In this document: piece after piece, positions 20,404 through 31,148 of the stretch
Position numbering within the stretch: position 1 is the first letter of the stretch
Layout: the number at the start of each line of letters is the position of its first letter
IMG/VR virus record: IMGVR_UViG_3300009788_000005
Span: 21,759-85,758 of that record
Source: a virus
Length of the DNA: 64,000 bases
Strand: one strand, 5' to 3'
Notes under the pieces: model-generated
Seen by the model: the letters and a program-made list of their open reading frames with translations, nothing else
Told to the model about the DNA's origin: nothing
Databases searched by the model: none
Translations under genes and position numbers: made by a program

Positions 20404-21918
20404 TTATACCCTCTCCAGGCTAGACCTCTTTTTACGAGTCTTAGACTTCTTATCATCATCCCCTATTTTTCCAGGATCATCAGACTCAGGATCAATAGGC
20501 TCAGCAGACTCTTCACCCGCCTTAGCAGCCAAAGCATTATATTTACCAACCAAAGCATTATACTTAGAAGCATTAACAGTAGCCTCATCTCCCCAATTTT
20601 CCTTATCAGCCTGTAACGTATCCCGCTCATCAGTCAAAGTTACTACCTGCTCCTCCAACCCCGTAACCTTAGTCTCCTGATCTGTTGCACTAATAGTAGC
20701 TATAGTAACTTCCTCTTCCAATGCGGTTATATTGGTATTGGCTATTTCCAAAGCCGCCTTAGCAGTTCCATTCTCCTCAATCAAGGATTCAATTTGTCCA
20801 GACTGCAACTTATTAGTTGCCTCAAGAGCAATATTATTTTTCTCCTGAGTATCCAAAGTTGACCTAAGACTATTGGCTTGATCGGCAGTTAATTCTACGG
20901 GCTCAGTAGTAGTTGCCGAATTGTTTAAATGCCCATCAAAAATTCCCATGTTATTATTTTTTGAAGTTTTATTACTTGATTTCTTACTAGTCTTCGAATT
21001 ATTATTACGTCTACGTTTTGCAGATCTTACCGCATCATGTAGAGATCCTATCTTATCTACAAGACCTAGTTTTTTAGCCTCCTTAAATAAGAATACTCTA
21101 CCCGAAAATATTCTTTGCTCCTCCCGTAGCTTATCTCCTCTACCTGTCTTAACATCACCCTGAAATATTTTAGCTATAGGATTTAACGACTTATTAATAA
21201 TCTCGTTTTTCTCCTCAACAGTTATAGCCCGGGTAGGGGGAGCAGAAACTTTTTTAGTAGCGTCATCGTTTGTTAGAAATGTTATCTCTAACCCAGCATT
21301 GGCAAAAAACATTTCACCGTTAACATGCTGCATCACAACTCCAATAGATCCTACTTCAGATGTTTCTCCTGATACTATAATCTCATCGGTTTGAGATATA
21401 GCCCAAAAGGCAGCAGATGCCGCCAACCCATCTACAAAACCAATAACTCTTTTTTTAATGTTGGCATCCTTAATAGCAGCTACTAAATCCTCAGTACCGT
21501 CTACCGTACCCCCCGGACTATCAAACACTAATACAATACCAGATACATCATCATTATCTGCCGCTTCCCTAATAAATCTAGTAACTCTTGATACTCCCGC
21601 TGTAGCTGAGACTGCATCCATATCAGCAGCCCTTTTAAACATTGTCCCTATAATAGAGATTACTGCTACATCCCCCTCCTTAACACTAGTCCCCATACGG
21701 AAAGTATCCGACTCATCTAAATGGCTGCTTCTCTTTTTGGTATTATCAAACCTAGCATACTTAACCTGATTCCTTTCCTTGTTACCTGAAAATTCGCTGC
21801 TACGATTACCCCCCATTATACCCTTAATAATAGGATACAATCTTTCCACTGCTTCGGGCCTCATAGCCCAATAGTTCTGATTTAGTAAAGTACCGAAAAA
21901 GGAAACTGATTCAGACAT
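20404..21918 (-). CDS. S49 (SppA/ClpP-like) prohead protease fused to a coiled-coil scaffold
   Basis: DSPGGTVDG, AASAAFW, VGSIGV, GLVDKIG; acidic coiled-coil C-terminal third. Confidence 0.9.
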   Translation of the reverse strand: MSESVSFFGTLLNQNYWAMRPEAVERLYPIIKGIMGGNRSSEFSGNKERNQVKYARFDNTKKRSSHLDESDTFRMGTSVKEGDVAVISIIGTMFKRAADMDAVSATAGVSRVTRFIREAADNDDVSGIVLVFDSPGGTVDGTEDLVAAIKDANIKKRVIGFVDGLAASAAFWAISQTDEIIVSGETSEVGSIGVVMQHVNGEMFFANAGLEITFLTNDDATKKVSAPPTRAITVEEKNEIINKSLNPIAKIFQGDVKTGRGDKLREEQRIFSGRVFLFKEAKKLGLVDKIGSLHDAVRSAKRRRNNNSKTSKKSSNKTSKNNNMGIFDGHLNNSATTTEPVELTADQANSLRSTLDTQEKNNIALEATNKLQSGQIESLIEENGTAKAALEIANTNITALEEEVTIATISATDQETKVTGLEEQVVTLTDERDTLQADKENWGDEATVNASKYNALVGKYNALAAKAGEESAEPIDPESDDPGKIGDDDKKSKTRKKRSSLERV

Positions 21919-21938
21919 AAATATTTTTATAACCGAAT

Positions 21939-21970
21939 CAAAAATATGTAAAATTTTTACACCCTCTAAG
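21939..21970 (-). promoter_or_regulatory. Head-operon promoter with the palindrome in its spacer
   Basis: TTAG ... TGTAAAAATTTTACA-TATTTTTG upstream of ATG 21918. Confidence 0.55.
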
Positions 21971-22025
21971 GATTATCTGTATTTTTTACAAATTTATCCC
22001 AATTGGCTATGATTTGTAAAAAAGA

Positions 22026-22847
22026 TTACCTTATAACCATTTTCCAAACATAATCAAATTTTACCTTAACACTACCTACTGTATCCTCATATAATACATC
22101 ACTACTAACATTAGAATTAAACCAATTTAACCACCCTACAAAAACTCCTAAACAATTTTCCCCCACAATATTCACCCCTTTCTTTTGTACAGACTTAGCC
22201 AAACCCTCTAACTTAATTAGCGTTAATTCTTTTCTACTACCATATAACTTCCTAACGTTATCATAACCCGTATGATACTTAAATATCCATTTTCTTAATA
22301 ATATTCTATTATCAACAGAATTATGTAACCTCCTCATTAACTTACAAAACATATCAAACGTACCCCCTCCCTCAAAAGGTACATAAAATATATCTTTATC
22401 CTCATTTTGTATTTCTACCTCTAATAATATCGTAGGTTCTATTCTGTCATACCTATGTATATGTAAAACACATATTTTAAAATGTAACCCTCCTACTTCT
22501 AATTCTGCTACTGGAGATACTACCGGCTCATCAGGATTACTACCATTCAATTTAGCAAATTTAAAAGCAACCTGCTCCCCGTTTCCCATCTCCTCCATAT
22601 ATACAGGTTTCAAAGGTCTATACTTACTACATAAACCTTTTAATACGTTTCCTGGAGAAGCTACAGGCATTTCTTCAGAAACATTAGAATTTAATATTAC
22701 AATATCTTTACTACCTTTTACTTTAGGTACCTTCAGTATCATCGATCTACCCGTAGAAATATCAGGGTATCCTTCAACAAATAGCTTAGCCTTATGTACA
22801 TCAAACTCAGATATAACTTTTGTAAATTCTTTAGACGTATTTTTCAT
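22026..22847 (-). CDS. Hypothetical protein
   Basis: 273 aa ORF between tape measure and protease. Confidence 0.65.
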   Translation of the reverse strand: MKNTSKEFTKVISEFDVHKAKLFVEGYPDISTGRSMILKVPKVKGSKDIVILNSNVSEEMPVASPGNVLKGLCSKYRPLKPVYMEEMGNGEQVAFKFAKLNGSNPDEPVVSPVAELEVGGLHFKICVLHIHRYDRIEPTILLEVEIQNEDKDIFYVPFEGGGTFDMFCKLMRRLHNSVDNRILLRKWIFKYHTGYDNVRKLYGSRKELTLIKLEGLAKSVQKKGVNIVGENCLGVFVGWLNWFNSNVSSDVLYEDTVGSVKVKFDYVWKMVIR

Positions 22848-22858
22848 ATTACCTCAAC

Positions 22859-25800
22859 TTAAAATTCTGATTTTCTTACTTGCCTGTCTAATTTTAATTG
22901 TTGCTTTTTCTGCTCTATAAGAGAAAGGGTTAGTTCTTGTTCATCTATAGCAGTAATTACTTTCTCTACACTATCCTTAACCCCCTGTATATCTTGACCT
23001 AAATTATCAAATCCTCTACGTAATTCCGCAAAAGCTACAGATGTGGATGCCTCACTTATACCTGTAGGTACTGCTCCTCCCGTTTGAAACTTATACTTAG
23101 GAGCTTTAACTGGTACTCTAGGTATATTGGCTACTACCCCTGATCCTGAAGATTTAACCATACCAAATAAACTAGACATATCCCCATAAGGCTTACCCTG
23201 CTTTCTCCTGATTCCTTGGTGATTCATCCACGATAATAAAGGATAAAATAATTCCGTAGACCACCTATTATTCTCATACTCTCCTCCCTCTACTTCTATA
23301 GGTATTCCTCCCCTACTATGCCTAGGTCCTACGTGCATCCCCCCATATCCTTTTCTTCGTTTAGGTGGTCTAGTAGCACTTCTAGCTGAGGTTCTACCTC
23401 TTATGGGGGTAGGTCCCCCATCAGCAAACAATAAGCCCGTATCTCCCCCCAATTCAAAACTTGTAGCACTAGCTGTTAATGATCTAATACTAGCTATACC
23501 CGCAGCTACCGCCGCTATAATAGAAATAATAGCGGCTATATTTCCTGGGAAAGGTATCTTAGCCCCCTCTGATACAGCCTTAATATTATTACTAAGAGTG
23601 ACAATATTATTTCTAATTATCTGAGCATTATCTATAACAGCTTGTATAGCCTGTATTTTCTTCTCAAAAGCTATAGCTGCTTCTCTTCTTTGCTCTGCCT
23701 TTTTTATAGCTGCTGCTACTCTCTTTTCTTCGTCTGCCCTCCTCTTATTTTCAGCCGCAACTTGAGCATTTCTCTGAGTATTTAAAGATGCTAATAAACT
23801 AGCCTCAGTTTCAGCATCTAATCCCTGCTTTAATATATTACGCTCCCTAGCTGCAAACTCCTGTTCCAACTGAGTTAACTGATTCTCATGCCCCTCTTGT
23901 CTACGGGCATCTCTTTCATTTATTAAAGCAATCTCCTCATCTACCCCAAACTCTAATATCTCTCTAATAGATCCCGCAAAATTAACAAGACTATCTAAAG
24001 CCTGCCTTTGAAATTCTAAAGTTTTTTCAATCTCCTCCCTCTTTCTTTCCTCTTGCTTAGTAACTTCATCTATCTCACCGTCCCGTATATCTAATAATAT
24101 TGCTATTCTTTCCTGCTCCAGTTTTAAAGTTTCCTCAGCACTTAACCCCACTATCTTTAACTGATCCTCTACAAACTGTAACGAAGCATCTAATCTTTTT
24201 TTATCAGCCTCTAACTCTATTTCAAATTTCTCATCCTCAATATCCTCTATCCGATCTACAGTTAATTGCCCAGCAATATCTATAGCATTTAATTCTGCTA
24301 GTCTTGCTGCCTCTATTCCTTTAAGTCTCTCCTGCAATACTAAATCTAATGCTTCTGATTCTGCCTCTATTCTTTTTTGTGCTGCACCCCCTCTAGCTTT
24401 AACTACTCTTTCATCAAACTCAAGATTTAATTTTGAAAAAAGTAAAGCCCTTTCCTCCTCTGTAACTTGTAGTATAGTGGATTCGTCTACTCCCTGCTGT
24501 ATTAAAGCTTGTCTTTCTTTCTCAAACCCTTCTAACTTAATATTAAGTCTACCTAATGCCTGCGCTCTTAATACCTCTAATCCTTCGATAGATTTCCTTC
24601 CCCCTGCCTCCTCAACATCAGATAATTCTCTCTCTTTTGCTATTCTCTTATTAAGAGAATCTAAAGTCTTAGCTAACTGATCTGCCTTTTTACTATCTGC
24701 CTTAGTGTTAGATACTATTCTTTTAGTATTAGTAGTTAGCACCCCAGTCAAACTACCGTAAGTCTGATTAATCTGCTGTAATATTTCCCTACTTTTACCT
24801 ACACTAGTAGTTAATAATCCTAACTCTCGTTGCTGTACTATAGTAGAGTTGGTAGTTACTCTCTGCTGTACTGCTAACTCAAAGGAAGCTTTGCCTGCAC
24901 CCCCAAACTGAGTACTTACATCATCCCACTGAGATCCTAACCTCTCAGCAGTAACTTCAGCATCAAATGCCTCCCTGGATTGTGTAGATAGACTTGTAGC
25001 TAAATTTATAGAAGCTTTCTGAGAATCGCTTAATCCATTTTCAAAATCATCTACAGCACCTACATACGAATTAAGCACTCCCTGGGAAGCTGTAAAATTT
25101 TTACTAAGCTCAACATTAGCATTCTTTAATTCATTAACAGTCTTAATAGATCTATTAAGAGATTGTACAAATATATCTGTTATCTCTGTATCCTGATCTA
25201 TATCACCTAATCTAGCTATCTCAGAGTTAACAGCATCTATGTCAGTTCCTATACCTAATGTTTGAGTCTCTAAAGCATCTCTTAAATCGTTAAAATTTCC
25301 AATAGTATTTTTTACCCCCTGCCCTAAAACATCATCTCCAAAAACTCCACCTAATCCTCTTACGCTAATTGTAGCACCTTTAGCAGCATCAGATACTAAG
25401 TCAGTTCTACCAGATAACTCAGCAAACCTATTTATTAAGGCATCAATAGGATCTCTTAAACCATCTAACTCCTTAGCAGAATTCCTTAGCTGTATTCCAG
25501 ATAACCCAGTAACTTCCTGTAGCTCTTTGGATACTTGGAGTTGATCCTTCAAAACATCTCCCAACTCTTCCTCTATAGCCTGCTTCTTTAACTTGGCTAT
25601 TAAATTAGCTTCTATAGCCAAGTTAACCGCCAATTGGGCAGATTCAATTTCCTTGAGATTACTTGACTCCGTTAAAAGATTAGGAAGATACTCCCCATAC
25701 TGATCATTGATAGCATCAATAAGATTAGATCTCTCAGCAGACCCCTCATTAGCATTCTTTAAAGATTCAAATAATAAATCTACCTGAGCAACTTCCGTAC

Positions 25801-27715
25801 CTATTTGCTTTTCTGCCTCTTCCCTCCTCTTACCCAATCTACCTTCAAGCTTCTCTAATTCCGTTAACTCCTTTACAGCCCCAGACCCAGAAGAAGCTAA
25901 CGCAATAAGACCACCAACTAAAGCCCCTATACCTAAAGCTAATCCCACAGGATTAAATAACTTAGTTGCTGCATTTAAGGCTATCTGGGCTACTGTCTGT
26001 AATTGTATCTTACCCGTCAATAACCCCGTAACTACATTTAAAGCTTTTGTGGCTGTTTCCTGTAATACCAGCAACTTAAACCCTATAGAGTAAGCCGCAT
26101 TATTGGCTATAACAGAAAGTGTATTTAAGTTAAGGTTAAGCCTATTAGCTATTAAGCTGGCAGTATATACCCCTAATGCCGCCGATATAGCGCCAAACAA
26201 AGCAGGGAATTGCTGTATCAAATCTAACCCCCCACTAAGCACCCTAATAAATGCCGTAAACCCCTGTACTACGGTGCGTATAGCAGGCTCTAAAGTATCA
26301 AATATATTTAAAGCAAAAGCCTCTGTAGCTGATGAGGCAGTATCTAAATCTCCTCTTAAATCATCTCTAATAATTGCAGCCATTGCAGCAGCAGATCCGG
26401 CTGCATTTTCAAACTGAACCCCTAAATCTTCTATCTTATCAGCATTATCTATAAAAGTAGAAAAAGCTGCTACGGATCTTGTATCCGTTAATTCTAATAC
26501 CTCTCCCAAACTTGCGCCCTCATCTCTTAGAGTCCTAAGTACACCTATTAATTTCTCAGAGGTATTTATATTAGTACCGAAAGTCTTAGATAACTCACTT
26601 GTAGGATCAGCCAATTTTAATAAAATATTCCGTAAAGAAGTTCCCGCCCTAGAACCTTCTATTCCTACATCAGCTAACCCGGCTAGTAAAGAAGTAACCC
26701 CTTCTAAAGAAAATCCTAAAGTTTTTGCTACAGGTGCTACTGTCTTTATAGACTCCCTGAAAGTCTCAAGATTCAAAGATGACTTAATAAAAGAAACAGC
26801 CAATACATCGGTAACCCTCCTAGTCTGATCAGCATCTAATCCAAAAGCACGTAAAGTCTTAACAGCTACCGTACCTGCCTCAGCCAAATCCTCACCTGTA
26901 GCAGTAGCTAAATCTAACGTAGCCGCTGTAGCCTCTAGTATCTCATCCTGCCTAAATCCTAACTTGGTTAACGATATTTGTAAATTACCTACCTGGGTAG
27001 TAGTAAACTCTGTAGCCGCCCCCAAACTACGAGCATCATTTACAAGATTATCAATATCTCCCCCCTCATTAAGAGCCTTCAATGTTGATTGTATACGGGA
27101 AAAATCAGCCCCTAAATTTATGAGATTTCTAAACCCCCGGGTTACTTTAGATATTACAGCAGTAACCGCAAAAGCAGTTAAAAAGGTTTCTCCTACCTTC
27201 TTAAACGTGCTAATAATACCTTCCCCTATATTGGGGTAATTACCTACATTTCTTTGGAATCTACCACTAGCTGCCTCTGCCTCAACAAGCTCATTATTTA
27301 ATAGGGCTGACTGCTTAGATAATTCCTGAAACTCAGGATTAACCTGACCCTTTACGGTTTGTGCCGTATTATCTAATTCCCTACGTACCCCTACTAGCCT
27401 ATTCCTAAGATCATTAATACTACCAGCAGCAGCAGTACCCTGCCTTAATGACTTATTAAAATCTAATACCCTCTGTCTCCCTTGAGAGAATTGATTATTT
27501 AGATCCTTCTGTACTGAGGCTAATGTTTGAGTACCGTCTGTAGCCTCTCTTACTTCTTTATCTAAAGTATTATAAGCCTCGGTACCCTCAGCCGGTAGAG
27601 ACAGTAGAAGTCGCTGTAGCTCCTTCTGATGAAACACTAATTCCTGTACGGATAAACTTGCTGTATCCGTACCAAGAACTTTTATAGTATATGTTAACGT
27701 CTGAGTCTTACCCAC
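22859..27715 (-). CDS. Tail tape measure protein (TP901-family core)
   Basis: 1618 aa Ala-rich helical; RNVGNY, LGAATEFT, GIEGSRAGTSLRNI, HSRGGIPIEVEGGE. Confidence 0.95.
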   Translation of the reverse strand: MGKTQTLTYTIKVLGTDTASLSVQELVFHQKELQRLLLSLPAEGTEAYNTLDKEVREATDGTQTLASVQKDLNNQFSQGRQRVLDFNKSLRQGTAAAGSINDLRNRLVGVRRELDNTAQTVKGQVNPEFQELSKQSALLNNELVEAEAASGRFQRNVGNYPNIGEGIISTFKKVGETFLTAFAVTAVISKVTRGFRNLINLGADFSRIQSTLKALNEGGDIDNLVNDARSLGAATEFTTTQVGNLQISLTKLGFRQDEILEATAATLDLATATGEDLAEAGTVAVKTLRAFGLDADQTRRVTDVLAVSFIKSSLNLETFRESIKTVAPVAKTLGFSLEGVTSLLAGLADVGIEGSRAGTSLRNILLKLADPTSELSKTFGTNINTSEKLIGVLRTLRDEGASLGEVLELTDTRSVAAFSTFIDNADKIEDLGVQFENAAGSAAAMAAIIRDDLRGDLDTASSATEAFALNIFDTLEPAIRTVVQGFTAFIRVLSGGLDLIQQFPALFGAISAALGVYTASLIANRLNLNLNTLSVIANNAAYSIGFKLLVLQETATKALNVVTGLLTGKIQLQTVAQIALNAATKLFNPVGLALGIGALVGGLIALASSGSGAVKELTELEKLEGRLGKRREEAEKQIGTEVAQVDLLFESLKNANEGSAERSNLIDAINDQYGEYLPNLLTESSNLKEIESAQLAVNLAIEANLIAKLKKQAIEEELGDVLKDQLQVSKELQEVTGLSGIQLRNSAKELDGLRDPIDALINRFAELSGRTDLVSDAAKGATISVRGLGGVFGDDVLGQGVKNTIGNFNDLRDALETQTLGIGTDIDAVNSEIARLGDIDQDTEITDIFVQSLNRSIKTVNELKNANVELSKNFTASQGVLNSYVGAVDDFENGLSDSQKASINLATSLSTQSREAFDAEVTAERLGSQWDDVSTQFGGAGKASFELAVQQRVTTNSTIVQQRELGLLTTSVGKSREILQQINQTYGSLTGVLTTNTKRIVSNTKADSKKADQLAKTLDSLNKRIAKERELSDVEEAGGRKSIEGLEVLRAQALGRLNIKLEGFEKERQALIQQGVDESTILQVTEEERALLFSKLNLEFDERVVKARGGAAQKRIEAESEALDLVLQERLKGIEAARLAELNAIDIAGQLTVDRIEDIEDEKFEIELEADKKRLDASLQFVEDQLKIVGLSAEETLKLEQERIAILLDIRDGEIDEVTKQEERKREEIEKTLEFQRQALDSLVNFAGSIREILEFGVDEEIALINERDARRQEGHENQLTQLEQEFAARERNILKQGLDAETEASLLASLNTQRNAQVAAENKRRADEEKRVAAAIKKAEQRREAAIAFEKKIQAIQAVIDNAQIIRNNIVTLSNNIKAVSEGAKIPFPGNIAAIISIIAAVAAGIASIRSLTASATSFELGGDTGLLFADGGPTPIRGRTSARSATRPPKRRKGYGGMHVGPRHSRGGIPIEVEGGEYENNRWSTELFYPLLSWMNHQGIRRKQGKPYGDMSSLFGMVKSSGSGVVANIPRVPVKAPKYKFQTGGAVPTGISEASTSVAFAELRRGFDNLGQDIQGVKDSVEKVITAIDEQELTLSLIEQKKQQLKLDRQVRKSEF

Positions 27716-27790
27716 TATATGCCTGTAAAAATTTTACACACCCCAACAGACATAAAAAGTACTAACTCTACTACTTCATATATATAAAAT

Positions 27791-27839
27791 AATTGTCTCC
27801 CTAAATTTACAAAAAAAATTCAAATTTAGGGAGACAATT
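27791..27839 (-). terminator. Long inverted repeat/terminator after the T9SS-cargo gene
   Basis: AATTGTCTCCCTAAATTT ... AAATTTAGGGAGACAATT, 18-bp perfect arms. Confidence 0.7.
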
Positions 27840-27851
27840 TTAAACAGCTAT

Positions 27852-28913
27852 TTAATCAGTTATAACCACTATACTATTATACCTGTGACTATCACTAGTA
27901 ACCATAAGTATATACATACCAGGATCTATATTATCAATAGGTATAGAAGTACAGTTATGGCATCTATACTTAACTAAATTATCTGCGATACCATACAAAG
28001 TTACCTCATATATATTTAAACTAGTATCCGATATATTAAGATTAGATCCCTGCCTGACCGGGTTAGGATATACTACTAAAGGATCAATAACTATTTCCTT
28101 CTCTGATCCCACAGTTATAGTAGTAACCATACCACATACCCCTTTTCTATCAGATATGCAAACATTATCTAAATAGTAATAGCTAATGTTCTTAGAACAG
28201 TAACTAGTAATACTATCCCCTGCCTCTATACTAAGTATAGCACAAGTATCCACTAACATCTTAACACTAAAAGTATCATTCAAAAAATTACCTACAGAGA
28301 ACCCTCTGAAGTCTTGATTTGTTATAAAACTATCTGACCACATAACCCAGGTAGTATCTACTATAGGCTGCATGTAAGCTACGGTAAATAAATTATCAGT
28401 TAATGCAGGATTTATGAATTTATCCACATCATCCACTGATAACTTTAATCCTAATCCTGTAGCATATCTTGAGGAGTCCGCAATAGCTACTCGTATACTA
28501 AAATAATACTTTACCCCGCTGTGTACATAAGCAGCAGTATCATTTAAAAAGTCACCTGTTAGATGAGTCCGGGAATTTAAAGTAGTATCTCCATAAGCAA
28601 TTATACCCGCATAAGATTCTACTACAGCAGCAGCCCAACTAAATTGCATACTATCCGGGTACTGGAACCCAAAACTATTATAAGGTACTCCGGCTACAAA
28701 CCCATCACACTGATGAAAATACTCAGGCCAAATATACATAAGATCGGTGTTAGCCGCATCCCAATTAAATGACTTAATTATTTCATCATGATTGAAAGGA
28801 CATAAACTCATTTGCTCAAAACTTGGATTCTTAACCAAATTTGTAGTTAATGATTGAGATACAGAAAAAAGGGGGATTGAAATTAGTAAAATTACCAGTA
28901 GTTTTTTTAACAT
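27852..28913 (-). CDS. Secreted protein with signal peptide and T9SS type A C-terminal sorting domain
   Basis: N-terminal MLKKLLVILLISIPLFSVSQ; NLVKNPSFE...YYYLDNV domain; C-terminal VYPNPV...PGMYILMV...IVVI. Confidence 0.85.
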   Translation of the reverse strand: MLKKLLVILLISIPLFSVSQSLTTNLVKNPSFEQMSLCPFNHDEIIKSFNWDAANTDLMYIWPEYFHQCDGFVAGVPYNSFGFQYPDSMQFSWAAAVVESYAGIIAYGDTTLNSRTHLTGDFLNDTAAYVHSGVKYYFSIRVAIADSSRYATGLGLKLSVDDVDKFINPALTDNLFTVAYMQPIVDTTWVMWSDSFITNQDFRGFSVGNFLNDTFSVKMLVDTCAILSIEAGDSITSYCSKNISYYYLDNVCISDRKGVCGMVTTITVGSEKEIVIDPLVVYPNPVRQGSNLNISDTSLNIYEVTLYGIADNLVKYRCHNCTSIPIDNIDPGMYILMVTSDSHRYNSIVVITD

Positions 28914-28946
28914 AATATAAATTTGAGTTTGAATTATTTACACCGT

Positions 28947-31127
28947 TTATACTCCATCCCTCACTAAATAAAATTCACATAACGCTAATAAATCTTCAGG
29001 TTGCCAATCCTTAACCTCATTTAACAAATAAATACCCTCAGCTATTAGAGCAGTCCTAATAATCTTGAACGTAGTGAAATCTAAATTATGTATTTGAGAC
29101 TCCGTTAGCGTACACCATATTTCTACCGACCTTCCTCTATCTAAAATACCTAACAAAAAAGCATAAGTATTACTTATTATGCCTGGAAAAACTGTTATTA
29201 CTCCTAACTGTAAAGTGGGTCCTATCCTCCTATCTACTACATCCCCATACGATACAGCAAACTCAGTATTATAATTATAATAATCTACCATATACGCATG
29301 AGGATAAAGATCCTCTACCCCAACTATCCCCGTACCAGGATCATACTCCCACTTTAAAGGGGCAAAATATCCCGCATCAACCTCATCTATTAATCCCTCA
29401 TAATAACATATTCTGGGAGCAAAATCATGAGATATTAACTCCTCTGGATTAGTAGTAGGAAAAGGGGGTTCTGGTACCGTTTTCCACATAGCTAGCCATT
29501 GAATTTGTGCAGGAGGTACACTTGTTTGATTAAGGTTGTGCCTATTTATATTCCATGTAGGAGAATATGTAGGATTAATACTTTCCTCCCTACATATATC
29601 TGACGGATCAAATATAGCCTCCCCCGAATATAACCCTTTACCTCCTAAATTCTCTTCTTCTATTATTTTTACAAAAGCATCACTACTATCCTTTTTAAAA
29701 GAGAAAACAAAATTTCTACACTTACCTTTATCTATTTCCTGTACTATATCCCTACCACAATCTACCCTATCACTCCACTCCTCTTGTACTTGTGGTCTAT
29801 AAAATTCTGTTGCCGTAGATACCGTAACTTCCTTAGAACTTTCATTAGTCTCCCAATATAAATTCTCCAGATGAGTAACCCCATCTAATATATTTTTAAC
29901 AGTTAATTTAGGGTCCATAGTCTCACACAATTCTATAGTAGATCCTATACCTTTAACCTTAGGATTTGTAGGTCTGAAATCCCAAATAGCTTTAAGTATA
30001 CCTATTGTTATTTGATCACACGGAGGAGGACCTATTAAACATTGATCATTAACCCACCTAAGTTTAACTATATCATCCTTAAACAATATAAGAGTAATAC
30101 ACAAATTTATACCCGAAATAGGTATATAAGGCGCTAATGTTACTGAAATCGCATTTACTTCTATATGCAAAGATAAACATCCCGCTACTATTCCCTGTCC
30201 TGGGTCAACAGTAACACATATCTCCATCTCCGCATCTATAGGCTGTTCCCACTCTCTTATATTAATAAAGAATCCTCCATTATTTATATCAAATCTCATA
30301 AACTGCCCCTCACCCAAAACATCACACGAGTCATATAAATAAGGCCCTTGATGTACTGCCTGAGCAGTTAACTCAGTTTCCTGATCAAAAGTAAGATCCC
30401 AAGCACCACGAGTAAACATATGCATTAAACCCTTATACCTATTAGAGTTTATATAATCTCCTTTAAGAGTATATCCTATTTCAGCAAAAGCAACCTGAAA
30501 TATATGAGCTATATATACATGAGGACGTAAATCCTGTATGTTTACATTTATAGACCCATCTACAAACCACCCATAATGTACAGGGAAATATGCAGCCCCT
30601 ATAAAAGTGTGATCAAAAACCACCCCCAATTTACCCTTTCTATCCCAACTATTTCTAGTAGTGGTATCATCAAAAATATGAGATCCTAAAGGTAAATCGC
30701 AAGCAAATAATTTATCTAATAAAGATACCCACCTAAATCTACCCCCGGTAAGATCACATTCATAAAATATAGTTCCTAGAGTTTCATTAGTTCTCATTTC
30801 TGTTACCTGCAATACTCCTACACTATAAAGTATATCTACCCCATTAACCAATAACTGAGCATCTATATCTATATCAAGAATATTATTAGTAATAACATCT
30901 ACCCTAAATACATACTGTAAAGCCTTATTAGTTCTAGGGGTACCTGAAAGCTCTACATTTTTTGAAAAGTGATTTTTAGGTTTAGATATATCCGTAATAT
31001 CATTTACAGAATATGATGAAGCTATATCAAGGGCTTTAAATAAATCAACCTCAAACCAATTTAACCCCCCACTAGGTCTTATCAACAAACATATAGTAGT
31101 TAGGGTAGCTGATCCTCCTTTACTCAT
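28947..31127 (-). CDS. Tail tip/hub-type structural protein
   Basis: 726 aa near tape measure; DITDISKPKNHFSKNVELSGTPRTN N-terminal pattern recalls Bacteroidota phage tail proteins. Confidence 0.65.
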   Translation of the reverse strand: MSKGGSATLTTICLLIRPSGGLNWFEVDLFKALDIASSYSVNDITDISKPKNHFSKNVELSGTPRTNKALQYVFRVDVITNNILDIDIDAQLLVNGVDILYSVGVLQVTEMRTNETLGTIFYECDLTGGRFRWVSLLDKLFACDLPLGSHIFDDTTTRNSWDRKGKLGVVFDHTFIGAAYFPVHYGWFVDGSINVNIQDLRPHVYIAHIFQVAFAEIGYTLKGDYINSNRYKGLMHMFTRGAWDLTFDQETELTAQAVHQGPYLYDSCDVLGEGQFMRFDINNGGFFINIREWEQPIDAEMEICVTVDPGQGIVAGCLSLHIEVNAISVTLAPYIPISGINLCITLILFKDDIVKLRWVNDQCLIGPPPCDQITIGILKAIWDFRPTNPKVKGIGSTIELCETMDPKLTVKNILDGVTHLENLYWETNESSKEVTVSTATEFYRPQVQEEWSDRVDCGRDIVQEIDKGKCRNFVFSFKKDSSDAFVKIIEEENLGGKGLYSGEAIFDPSDICREESINPTYSPTWNINRHNLNQTSVPPAQIQWLAMWKTVPEPPFPTTNPEELISHDFAPRICYYEGLIDEVDAGYFAPLKWEYDPGTGIVGVEDLYPHAYMVDYYNYNTEFAVSYGDVVDRRIGPTLQLGVITVFPGIISNTYAFLLGILDRGRSVEIWCTLTESQIHNLDFTTFKIIRTALIAEGIYLLNEVKDWQPEDLLALCEFYLVRDGV

Positions 31128-31148
31128 GACTGTAAAAATTTTACACCT

